Shown piece by piece: positions 12,123 through 20,033 of a DNA stretch of 24,000 nucleotides. The DNA is taken from positions 652,513 to 676,512 of the forward strand of contig NZ_CP096016.1 of assembly GCF_023650515.1 (NCBI RefSeq), given 5' to 3'. The notes below the pieces were generated by a model that did not search any database, was not told the origin of the DNA, and saw nothing but the letters and a program-made list of their open reading frames with translations. The number at the start of each line of letters is the position of its first letter. Positions within the stretch are counted from its first letter, which is position 1. Source of the stretch: Alkalimarinus coralli (GTDB lineage: Bacteria > Pseudomonadota > Gammaproteobacteria > Pseudomonadales > Oleiphilaceae). A program made the translations under genes and the position numbers.

Positions 12123-12884
12123 GTGGCGACGTTAGAATCGGTTGTTAAGCAGGCAAATCAGTGGATGTTAGAGCGCCCCATATCTGACTATTGCCCCAAT
12201 GGGTTACAGGTAGAAGGAAGAGCAGAGGTCAAAAAAATAGTAACTGGCGTGACGGCGTGCCAAGCATTGGTTGACGAGGCTATTGCACGGGGGGCTGATT
12301 TGCTGCTAGTGCACCATGGGTATTTCTGGAAAGGTGAAGCTCCAAATATCGTCGGCATAAAAAAGGCACGACTAAAGGCGCTTCTTCAAAATGATATCAG
12401 CATGCTGGCATACCATCTTCCATTAGATGTACATCCGGAGTTAGGTAACAATGTTCAATTGGCTAAGCTGCTAGGGCTCACTGTGAGTGGTCCGCTGGAT
12501 GAAGGTGCTCGCCCAAGCATTGGTTTAGTTGGGCAGTTACAAGCTCCGTTGACGGTTAGCGAGTTTACTAACTTGTTGAATGAAAAACTAAATCGTGCTC
12601 CTCAAGTTATTTCAAATGATGACAAAAGCCTTATAAGACGAGTCGGTTGGTGTACGGGGGCCGCGCAAGGTTATATTGAGAAAGCGATAGCTGCTCAGGT
12701 AGATGCATATATCAGCGGGGAGATCTCAGAGCCTACCGTTCATGTGGCGAGGGAGAGCGGAGTACACTATTTTGCAGCGGGGCATCATGCCACTGAACGT
12801 TATGGGGTGATTGCGTTAGGTGATAAATTAGCTGAGGCGTTTAACATTGAGCATGAATTTGTCGATATAGATAACCCGGTTTAA
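12123..12884 (+). CDS. Nif3-like dinuclear metal-centre protein (YbgI family)
   Basis: 253 aa, GTG start, with YCPNGLQVEG, VTGVTACQALVDEA, DLLLVHHGYFW, AYHLPLDVHPELGNN and GHHATERYGVIAL. Confidence 0.92.
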   Translation: MATLESVVKQANQWMLERPISDYCPNGLQVEGRAEVKKIVTGVTACQALVDEAIARGADLLLVHHGYFWKGEAPNIVGIKKARLKALLQNDISMLAYHLPLDVHPELGNNVQLAKLLGLTVSGPLDEGARPSIGLVGQLQAPLTVSEFTNLLNEKLNRAPQVISNDDKSLIRRVGWCTGAAQGYIEKAIAAQVDAYISGEISEPTVHVARESGVHYFAAGHHATERYGVIALGDKLAEAFNIEHEFVDIDNPV

Positions 12885-13039
12885 CTGTATTTGTTATCGA
12901 AAGAACAGGGGTGGGCATCGCATTTAGGGCAAGGGACAATGTACAAGCATTTGATGTCCTGCATGGCACTGTTCTTTTCTTTGGTGCTGTTCTTATCTTT
13001 GATGCTGTTCTCATCTAATACAGGTGTAATAACCCGGAA

Positions 13040-13516
13040 TTAGTCAGAGGCACCTTTTTCTTTTGGTTTGCCTTTTAGGCCAAACTCTTCGGACAGCGTT
13101 CCTTGTTCTTCGTTGGTTTTGGGGGCGTAATCCCTCGGTGGCTCAGCGTATATCTCTTCAATTTCTTCAAGCTTGCCATTTTCTTCTGAAGAATCTTTCG
13201 TGTTTTCAGTTGAAAGTTGTAATAGATTGTTTGCATTGTCTTCGCTGCAAAGTTCCGTTGCGCCCCGTGCTAAGTGATTATGTATTTCACGGTAATCTTC
13301 ATTTAACCGATTGATTAGTTGCGCAGTTTGCACAAAATGGTCGCTAACTTGAGCTTGGTAGCGCGTGTGTTTTTGTTGCAGTTCATCCATTTGTCTTTCT
13401 ACCCTTTTGCTGCGGCCACCGTCGTTCACTACCAGGCGATAAATCAATGCGCCAACGAGTGCACCAGACAGGAATGCAATAATGCCAATAGAGAGAAAAG
13501 TTTCCATTTCGTTCAT
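13040..13516 (-). CDS. zapG: DUF1043 family cell-division/envelope protein ZapG (YhcB)
   Basis: 158 aa with one N-terminal transmembrane segment and coiled coil (LQQKHTRYQAQVSDHFVQTAQLINRLNEDYREIHNHLARGA). Divergent from zapE, as in E. coli. Confidence 0.88.
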   Translation of the reverse strand: MNEMETFLSIGIIAFLSGALVGALIYRLVVNDGGRSKRVERQMDELQQKHTRYQAQVSDHFVQTAQLINRLNEDYREIHNHLARGATELCSEDNANNLLQLSTENTKDSSEENGKLEEIEEIYAEPPRDYAPKTNEEQGTLSEEFGLKGKPKEKGASD

Positions 13517-13699
13517 CGTTATTTTACCTGAGTGTTTGATGTTGGCTAAATAAGTTGTGTCGCCTGGGGATTATTTTAGCTCAAACGTTTGGCCGATTGT
13601 TAGCTTTAATATTTAAGCCCTTATTTCAAGTGCGTGTGCTTAAATGTGAATATCAATAGTATAACTTGCATAAATGCGCGCTGGTGAAAGGTTTTAAGA

Positions 13700-14890
13700 T
13701 TGGCCTTTAACGGTGATAAAAGGCAAAATATGCGCCGCGAAACTCTGATTAGCCTTTTTTCAAGAAAGAGAATTACTGGAATGCCTCATTTATCCCCAAT
13801 TGAACAATATCAACACGATTTGAAAAATAGTGGATTTATGCGCGACTCTGCGCAAGAAAATGCTATTAATCATCTTCAGGCGCTTTATGAAAAGCTGGTT
13901 GATGCGGAAAAAAACCAAAAGAAGGGGCGGTTTGCCAAGCTGGCGGCAAAGGTTCAGCGTAAAAAGGCTGCACCTATTAAAGGATTATATTTCTGGGGAG
14001 GGGTAGGTCGAGGAAAAACCTACTTAATGGATATATTTTTTGAGAGTTTGCCTTTTGATCGAAAAATGAGAGTGCACTTTCACCGTTTTATGCAGAGAGT
14101 TCACCATGAACTCGCTGAACTAGAAGGGCAGGCTAACCCATTGGTCGATGTTGCAAAACGTTTTAGTGATGAGGCTAGAGTTATCTGCTTTGATGAGTTT
14201 TTTGTTACAGATATTGGTGATGCAATGATTCTGGGTGGGTTAATGAAAGAGTTGTTTGCTAATGGTGTTTCACTGGTTTGTACATCGAATATAGTGCCCG
14301 ACGGTCTTTACAAGGATGGTTTGCAGCGAGCCCGATTCTTGCCAGCTATTGCATTAGTCAATGAGCACACAGATGTTGTAAATGTTGATGGCGGGACAGA
14401 TTACCGTTTGCGCTCACTTGAGCAAGCGGAGTTATATCATTTTCCATTGGATGATGGGGCAGATAAAAGCTTGGAAGAGAGTTATGGCAGCCTAGCCCTG
14501 GAAGCAGGTGTTCATGGTTTGGCGTTAGACGTTAATGGTCGCCAACTTACTGCCAGAAAGCACTCTGATGACGTTGTCTGGTTTGAGTTTAAAGAGCTGT
14601 GTGATGGGCCTAGGAGTCAAAACGACTACATTGAGCTTGCTCGAGAGTTTCATGCGGTTTTAGTAAGCAATGTGCCTGTGATGGGGGGAGATACCGATGA
14701 TCAGGCAAGACGTTTTATCAATATGATTGATGAGTTTTATGATCGAAATGTGAAAGTTATTATTTCGGCAGAAGCGCCTATTCACAAGCTCTACAGTGGT
14801 GGAAAGCTCAATTTCGAGTTTGAGCGAACTGAAAGCCGCTTACTTGAGATGCAATCTCATGAATATCTGGAAGCGCCACATAAGCCTTGA
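13700..14890 (+). CDS. zapE: Cell division protein ZapE (AFG1-like ATPase). The likely start is Met at about 13781 (MPHLSPIEQYQ).
   Basis: Walker A GLYFWGGVGRGKTYLMD, then FHRFMQRVH and VICFDEFFVTDIGDAMIL (Walker B). Confidence 0.94.
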   Translation: MAFNGDKRQNMRRETLISLFSRKRITGMPHLSPIEQYQHDLKNSGFMRDSAQENAINHLQALYEKLVDAEKNQKKGRFAKLAAKVQRKKAAPIKGLYFWGGVGRGKTYLMDIFFESLPFDRKMRVHFHRFMQRVHHELAELEGQANPLVDVAKRFSDEARVICFDEFFVTDIGDAMILGGLMKELFANGVSLVCTSNIVPDGLYKDGLQRARFLPAIALVNEHTDVVNVDGGTDYRLRSLEQAELYHFPLDDGADKSLEESYGSLALEAGVHGLALDVNGRQLTARKHSDDVVWFEFKELCDGPRSQNDYIELAREFHAVLVSNVPVMGGDTDDQARRFINMIDEFYDRNVKVIISAEAPIHKLYSGGKLNFEFERTESRLLEMQSHEYLEAPHKP

Positions 14891-14909
14891 GTACAGTCGT
14901 ATCTCCTTC

Positions 14910-14921
14910 CATCACGGCTAC
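14910..14921 (+). repeat. Left subterminal inverted repeat of the IS110-family element
   Basis: catcacggctac, exact reverse complement of 16531-16542. Confidence 0.85.
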
Positions 14922-14953
14922 AACTGCACATAAGCAATATAGGGTAATGGTAT

Positions 14954-15025
14954 GGACCCGCTTACCAAACGGCTTCAAATGAGCCATGATGAGATTTGCA
15001 TATAACATCAACAGGTAAGGGGTCC
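14954..15025 (+). promoter_or_regulatory. Long-range stem that would bury the transposase ribosome-binding site
   Basis: ggaccc-g-cttacc (14954-14966) pairs with ggtaaggggtcc (15014-15025): 12 bp with one bulged G. The Shine-Dalgarno-like taagggg is inside the 3' arm and ATG is at 15031. A nested ggct...agcc hairpin sits at 14971-14985. Confidence 0.55.
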
Positions 15026-15030
15026 ACAAA

Positions 15031-16056
15031 ATGAATACTATCACCTATGGTTTGGATTTGGCCAAAAATATCTTTCACGTACATGCAGTCACAAGCAAGG
15101 GTGAGATTGAGATCAAGAAAAAGCTTCGCAGGAAAGAGGTGTTAGCTTTTTTCGCCAAGCGAGAGCCAGGGTTGATAGGCATGGAAGCGTGTGGCGGCTC
15201 TCATTACTGGGCGCGTGAGCTAACAAGGTTGGGTTATACCGCCCGATTAATGAGTCCACAGTTTGTTAAGCCCTATATTAAAGGAAATAAAAATGACGCT
15301 AATGACGCAGAAGGGATATGCGAAGCGGTAACACGACCCAATATGAGGTTTGTGGCGGTAAAAAGCAGCGCACAGCAAGATATATTAATGCTACACAGGG
15401 TGCGAACACAGAGGATCAAGCAGCGGACAGCACTCGCAAACCAGACGAGAGGTCTCTTAAGTGAATATGGGATTGTTATACCGATAGGTATCAGCAATGT
15501 TCGGAAGCATCTTATTGATATTCTGACTGATGCTGATGAAAAAAGGCTAAGTGAATTTGTACGGCCACATTTCAATAGTTTATATGAGGAGTTGCTTCAT
15601 ATTGACGGGTTGGTAAAAGAAATAGATGTAGCATTGAAAACCTATTTCAACACCAGTAAGGACTGTCAGCGGTTAGCAAGCTTGCCGGGGGTTAGTGTCA
15701 TTACAGCAACGGCATTAGTAGGATATTTAGGCGATGTCAGCAATTTCAATAATGGCAGGGAGTTGGCGGCCTACCTAGGCTTAGTGCCTAGACAGCATTC
15801 AACTGGAGGAAGAGAGCTTCTGCTTGGAATTAGTAAACGGGGAGACAGTTACCTTCGAACCCTTCTAATTCATGGCGCGAGGTCTGTACTGAAAGCAGCC
15901 TCAGAGAAGAAAGATAAAGATAGTCTTTGGTTAATGAACTTGCATGCTCGACGTGGTTACAATAAAGCCGCAGTAGGACAAGCTAACAAAACGGCTCGAC
16001 GTATTTGGGCTCTTTTATCAAACGAAACACAGTACGAGGTTAAACAAGCAGCATAG
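15031..16056 (+). CDS. IS110-family (IS1111-like) DEDD transposase/recombinase
   Basis: 341 aa with RuvC-like residues in GLDLAKN, MEACGGSHYWAREL and NKNDANDAEGICEA. The C-terminal domain reads LPGVSVITATALVGYLGD...GRELAAYLGLVPRQHSTGGRELLLGISKRGDSYLRTLLIHGAR. Confidence 0.96.
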   Translation: MNTITYGLDLAKNIFHVHAVTSKGEIEIKKKLRRKEVLAFFAKREPGLIGMEACGGSHYWARELTRLGYTARLMSPQFVKPYIKGNKNDANDAEGICEAVTRPNMRFVAVKSSAQQDILMLHRVRTQRIKQRTALANQTRGLLSEYGIVIPIGISNVRKHLIDILTDADEKRLSEFVRPHFNSLYEELLHIDGLVKEIDVALKTYFNTSKDCQRLASLPGVSVITATALVGYLGDVSNFNNGRELAAYLGLVPRQHSTGGRELLLGISKRGDSYLRTLLIHGARSVLKAASEKKDKDSLWLMNLHARRGYNKAAVGQANKTARRIWALLSNETQYEVKQAA

Positions 16057-16080
16057 CTGCATGTCAATACACGGTTAAGA

Positions 16081-16530
16081 GGCAAGGAGTAAGAAGAGTA
16101 AACGGCAGGTTATCTTGCCACTAAATTGCAAAACAGATTCATCGAATGGTAAGACAGATAAGACCGTCTTCTGTGTCACCTGAGAAGCGCACGGGCTCTT
16201 AGAAGCCGATAGGGTGATGAGTACACTGGAAGAGCGGAATTCCATTGCGGCCGAAGAAAATAAACGTTCTTCACCTGTAGGCCGGATATATGCGAGCAGT
16301 CAATACCTAGAAGATCACTCACCGAATCTGGTTGCAATAAACAGCGGGTCCATATATGCGCTTGCGCACCATTGTATATCTGGGATATTTCGTAATCGTT
16401 GCGGCAACCGGTGCGCAAGCGCACCCTATAATTTAATTCCACATGTGTCAGTTAAGAGGCACTGCTTGCTGACTTGGATAAACCCTGATTCCGCTTTGCT
16501 GCACTAAGGCTGCCAGTGCTAACTAAGACG
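16081..16530 (+). ncRNA. Candidate bridge RNA / seekRNA region of the IS110-family element (extent not defined)
   Basis: Non-coding stretch between the transposase stop and the right inverted repeat, with several hairpins: 16081-16086/16114-16119, 16154-16174, 16248-16284, 16358-16370/16410-16422. IS1111-type elements are known to encode their guide RNA in this position. Confidence 0.45.
16358..16422 (+). repeat. 13-bp perfect inverted repeat inside the IS non-coding region
   Basis: gcgcttgcgcacc (16358-16370) and ggtgcgcaagcgc (16410-16422), with a 39-nt loop containing its own hairpin gttgc-g-gcaac (16398-16408). Confidence 0.8.
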
Positions 16531-16558
16531 GTAGCCGTGATGAAGCGAAGCGGAATCA
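16486..16558 (+). repeat. 15-bp inverted repeat (one mismatch, G-U compatible) spanning the right end of the IS
   Basis: tgattccgctttgct (16486-16500) versus agcgaagcggaatca (16544-16558), with the right inverted repeat between the arms. Confidence 0.75.
16531..16542 (-). repeat. Right subterminal inverted repeat of the IS110-family element
   Basis: gtagccgtgatg, exact reverse complement of 14910-14921. Confidence 0.85.
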
Positions 16559-16577
16559 AGGAAAGGCTCTATAATGG

Positions 16578-17762
16578 TTAGATCAATTCAATCGCCATAG
16601 CTGTCGCCTCGCCACCGCCAATACACAATGCTGCAACGCCGCGTTTTTTACCGTACTGCTTAAGTGCGTACATCAGTGTAACGAGAAGACGGGAACCTGT
16701 TGATCCTACCGGGTGCCCTTGTGCGCATGCTCCGCCGTGCACATTAACCTTTTGCGGGTCTAGTCCAAGCTCTTTGATAGGCATCATTGCGACCATTGCG
16801 AATGCTTCGTTGATTTCAAACAGGTCAACGTCGTCTTTGCTCCAGTTTGCTTTTTCCAGAACTTTTTCGATTGCACCAACGGGGGCGATAGTAAACTCTG
16901 ACGGGTGTTGGGATTGCGTGCTATGAGCAACAATGCGCGCTAGGGGTTTTAGCCCCTTGGCGTTAGCTTCAGACTCGCTCATTAGCACCAGTGCAGAGGC
17001 GCCATCAGAAATAGAAGAGGCGTTTGCGGCAGTAATCGTGCCGTCTTTTGCGAAAGCAGGACGGAGTGACGGAATCTTCTCAATATTAGCGTTATGCGGT
17101 TGTTCATCATCCTTAACTACGGTTTCACCTTTGCGGCTTTTAACGGTGATTGGGATGATCTCTTGCTCTAACGAGCCATCTTCAATTGCCTTTTGAGCAC
17201 GTTTCAGAGAGTTGATAGCATAGTCATCCATTTCTTCGCGGGTATATCCCTTCTGGCTGGCTACATCTTGGGCAAATGAGCCCATGAGTCGACCCGTTTC
17301 GGCATCTTCCAGCCCGTCCAGAAACATGTGATCCATCGCTTGATCGCCGTGCCCCATACGGTATCCTTTTCTAGCGTTAAGGAGTATGTAGGGCGCGTTA
17401 GACATACTTTCCATTCCGCCTGCGACCATGACGTTGTTGCTCCCTGCTTTTATAAGGTCGTGTGCAAGCATCGCAGCTTTCATGCCTGACCCGCAAAGCT
17501 TGTTGATGGTGGTGCAGCCCGTCGCGTCGGGCAGCCCGGCTTGTCTTGAAGCCTGGCGGGCAGGGCCTTGTTTCAGGCCTGCAGGCAATACGTTACCCAT
17601 TATGACTTCTTGAACATCTTCAGGTTTAATACCTGCTCTAAGAACAGCTTCTCTAATAGCGGTTGAACCTAGCTCTGTCGCGCTAATACTGCTTAGGCTT
17701 CCCTGAAACCCTCCCATTGGCGTTCTGGCACCACTTACAATTACAACGTTTTCTACCGACAT
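16578..17762 (-). CDS. Acetyl-CoA C-acyltransferase (thiolase)
   Basis: 394 aa with VVIVSGARTPMGGFQGSL, TTINKLCGSGMKAAM (nucleophilic Cys), ALFEINEAFA-type DLFEINEAFA and VHGGACAQGHPVGSTG. Confidence 0.95.
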   Translation of the reverse strand: MSVENVVIVSGARTPMGGFQGSLSSISATELGSTAIREAVLRAGIKPEDVQEVIMGNVLPAGLKQGPARQASRQAGLPDATGCTTINKLCGSGMKAAMLAHDLIKAGSNNVMVAGGMESMSNAPYILLNARKGYRMGHGDQAMDHMFLDGLEDAETGRLMGSFAQDVASQKGYTREEMDDYAINSLKRAQKAIEDGSLEQEIIPITVKSRKGETVVKDDEQPHNANIEKIPSLRPAFAKDGTITAANASSISDGASALVLMSESEANAKGLKPLARIVAHSTQSQHPSEFTIAPVGAIEKVLEKANWSKDDVDLFEINEAFAMVAMMPIKELGLDPQKVNVHGGACAQGHPVGSTGSRLLVTLMYALKQYGKKRGVAALCIGGGEATAMAIELI

Positions 17763-18037
17763 ATCAAGGCCTCGTCCTGTCTATATATTGAACTGTTATC
17801 GAGTCATTCTAAAAAAGTGTATTTTACCTTTTTTGATGCAATAGCTGAAATGCATAATGCATAAACGCAACATAATTCTTAGGTTTCCCAGCTAACAGGC
17901 TGAAAAAAATCAGATTTAAAATTGGTTGAATCTTAAATTAGCGTCTATAGTTGCCTTAGGTTCCAAACACTGATTTTGAGTTTGTTAAATAGGTAATCAT
18001 ACCTAAATCATACTTTTGACTGATAAAAATCTGTATT

Positions 18038-18066
18038 TTGCTTAGCTATAGTGCGACAACTGATAT
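18038..18066 (+). promoter_or_regulatory. Possible sigma70-like promoter for the DUF1302 gene
   Basis: TTGCTT, 17-nt spacer, TGATAT. Followed by a Shine-Dalgarno-like cggag before ATG 18133. Confidence 0.25.
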
Positions 18067-18132
18067 AAAAGTTAGATTACTAAAACAAGTATTGCAGCGT
18101 ATCAAATAAAAATATTGACGGAGTAGCGTTCG

Positions 18133-19995
18133 ATGACAAAAAACACACAACGATGGCACAAACTGGCCAGGCTGCCATTAGCGGTAGCTGTGGCGGCTTC
18201 TGTGTCGACTCCAGCTAGTGCATTTCAATTTTATATGGGGGATGTAGAGGCGAGTTTCGATACTACGCTATCTGCAGGTGTGAGCTGGCGGGTTCAGGAT
18301 CGTGATAGCAGGCAGTTATCCCAGGGTAACCTGGCGCCATTAGGGTCAAACCCTTTTATTGGAACAACCACCGGTGCATCAACCAACAATTATGATGACG
18401 GGAATTGGAACTTTGATAAAGGCGATACGTACTCGAAGCGTGTTAAGGGAACCAGTGAATTATTGTTGAGCTATGAAAACTACGGCGGCTTTGTACGTGG
18501 CCGCTACTGGTATGACTTCCAGCTTAAAGACGAAGAGATGGCATTGGACGGGGCAGGTCAACGGCGCTCCTTAACCGCTGAGGGGGATAAAAATGCCTCT
18601 GGTGGTGAGCTACTGGATGCCTATGTTTGGGGGGATTTTGAGTTGGGCGAAATGCCTCTCAACATGCGTTTAGGCCGGCAGGTGATCAGCTGGGGTGAGA
18701 GCACATTTATTTTTAATGGTATCAATATCATTAACCCTGTTGATGTAGGAGCAATAAGAGCGCCGGGTGCCGAGGTTAAAGAAGCCTTATTACCGGTAAA
18801 CATGTTTTATTCCTCTCTTGGCGTGACTGAGAATGTAACGGTTGAAGGGTTTGTGCAGCTGGAGTGGGAAAAAACAGAAATTGAAGACTGCGGGACGTTT
18901 TTTTCGACGGCAGACTTTGCGTCAGATGGTTGTGGCCCTGTATTACTTGCAGGCCAGTTACCTGATGGCGTAGCGTATGATCAGGGGTTATATGCTGACC
19001 GTTTAGCTGATAATGAAGCAGACGACACCGATCAGTTTGGATTGGCAGTGCGCTGGTATGTGCCAGAGTTGAATGATACTGAGTTTGGTTTTTACTTTGT
19101 ACAGTACCATAGCCGAGTACCTCTGATTACGGGGGTTGTTGCTAACGATCCAAGTAGCGGTCTTGGTGGTGGTGGCACGGATCCATTCCCAGAGTACTTT
19201 ATGGATTATCCTGAAGGGATTCAGATGTATGGTGTTAGTTTTAATACCAGTACAGAGAGTGGCTATTCAATTGGAGGTGAAATAAGTTATAAAAAAGATC
19301 TCCCATTGCAATGGAACTCATTTGAATTGATTCACGGTGGCCTTGGTTCACCAAGCAGTTTGCTGTATCAAAGAGAGTTTGCGGAAGCAGGTGGCGATGT
19401 AAGTAAGCTATGGGGAGAAACCTTACCCGGGTATGACCTGTATGGGGTTTCACAGGCGCAGATGACCGTAATTAAATTCTTTGACCAGGTTGCTGGCGCT
19501 AGCCGATTGACGTTTGTCGGTGAAGTGGGGGGAACCTATGTTCACGGCCTAAAAGGCTCTAAAGATGCACGCTATGGAAGAGCGGGTACCTACGGTATTG
19601 GTGCATTTGATTTGTCCGGGACGCCTTGGGCTGCATTAGGCAGTTGTGAGTCTGGCGGGGTTCAAAACTTAAACCGGCTCAATTGTAATAACAGTGGTTA
19701 TACTACTTCATTTTCATGGGGTTATAGATTACGTACATCCCTTGATTACAATGATGTATTTGCCGGCGTAAACCTGACACCAACGTTATCGTGGTCTCAT
19801 GACGTGAGCGGTTATGCGCCTGAGCCAGGTGGCAACTTTATTCAAGGCCGCAAATCTGTTGGGCTATCTCTTAAGGCGGTTTATCTGAATCAGTACTCAG
19901 CCAATATCAGTTACACAAACTACTTTGGTGGCAAGCCTTATAACTTATTAAACGACCGGGACAACATCGCGCTAAGTGTTGCCTACTCATTCTAA
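18133..19995 (+). CDS. DUF1302 family outer-membrane (porin-like) protein
   Basis: 620 aa with signal peptide, FQFYMGDVEASFDTTLSAGVSWRVQDRD, FVRGRYWYDF, LGEMPLNMRLGRQVISWGESTFIFNGINIINPVD, and many alternating beta-strand-like repeats up to a C-terminal aromatic residue. Confidence 0.88.
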   Translation: MTKNTQRWHKLARLPLAVAVAASVSTPASAFQFYMGDVEASFDTTLSAGVSWRVQDRDSRQLSQGNLAPLGSNPFIGTTTGASTNNYDDGNWNFDKGDTYSKRVKGTSELLLSYENYGGFVRGRYWYDFQLKDEEMALDGAGQRRSLTAEGDKNASGGELLDAYVWGDFELGEMPLNMRLGRQVISWGESTFIFNGINIINPVDVGAIRAPGAEVKEALLPVNMFYSSLGVTENVTVEGFVQLEWEKTEIEDCGTFFSTADFASDGCGPVLLAGQLPDGVAYDQGLYADRLADNEADDTDQFGLAVRWYVPELNDTEFGFYFVQYHSRVPLITGVVANDPSSGLGGGGTDPFPEYFMDYPEGIQMYGVSFNTSTESGYSIGGEISYKKDLPLQWNSFELIHGGLGSPSSLLYQREFAEAGGDVSKLWGETLPGYDLYGVSQAQMTVIKFFDQVAGASRLTFVGEVGGTYVHGLKGSKDARYGRAGTYGIGAFDLSGTPWAALGSCESGGVQNLNRLNCNNSGYTTSFSWGYRLRTSLDYNDVFAGVNLTPTLSWSHDVSGYAPEPGGNFIQGRKSVGLSLKAVYLNQYSANISYTNYFGGKPYNLLNDRDNIALSVAYSF

Positions 19996-20033
19996 TAAAC
20001 AAGGTAACTGTTTCGGTTTAAAGAGGTTTATAA

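Larger units (their letters stand above)
14903..16545 (+). mobile_element. IS110-family insertion sequence, IS1111-like subgroup. Outer boundaries are uncertain by about 10 bp.
   Basis: DEDD/Ser transposase ORF flanked by a 12-bp subterminal inverted repeat (catcacggctac at 14910-14921 and gtagccgtgatg at 16531-16542). The long non-coding segment lies 3' of the transposase. No target duplication is evident. Confidence 0.88.

Noticed and set aside
14808-15044. 78-aa minus-strand ORF across the zapE end and the IS left end
   Set aside because: It spans the zapE 3' coding region and the IS junction, so it cannot be an ancestral gene, and it has no recognisable domain.
16214-16507. 97-aa plus-strand ORF inside the IS non-coding region (with an overlapping 88-aa minus-strand ORF at 16176-16442)
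   Set aside because: No recognisable domain, unusual composition, and both overlap the strong inverted repeats. Better explained as chance frames across structured RNA-coding DNA.
16486-16582. Possible integron attC site near the IS right end (imperfect hairpin and a gttagat heptamer)
   Set aside because: No matching RYYYAAC/GTTRRRY pair in the right geometry. The gttagat heptamer overlaps the thiolase stop codon, and no cassettes or integrase are seen.
17889-17902. cagc-taacag-gctg hairpin next to an A-tract upstream of DUF1302
   Set aside because: Stem is only 4 bp and the T-tract on the minus strand precedes rather than follows the stem, so it is not a credible terminator.
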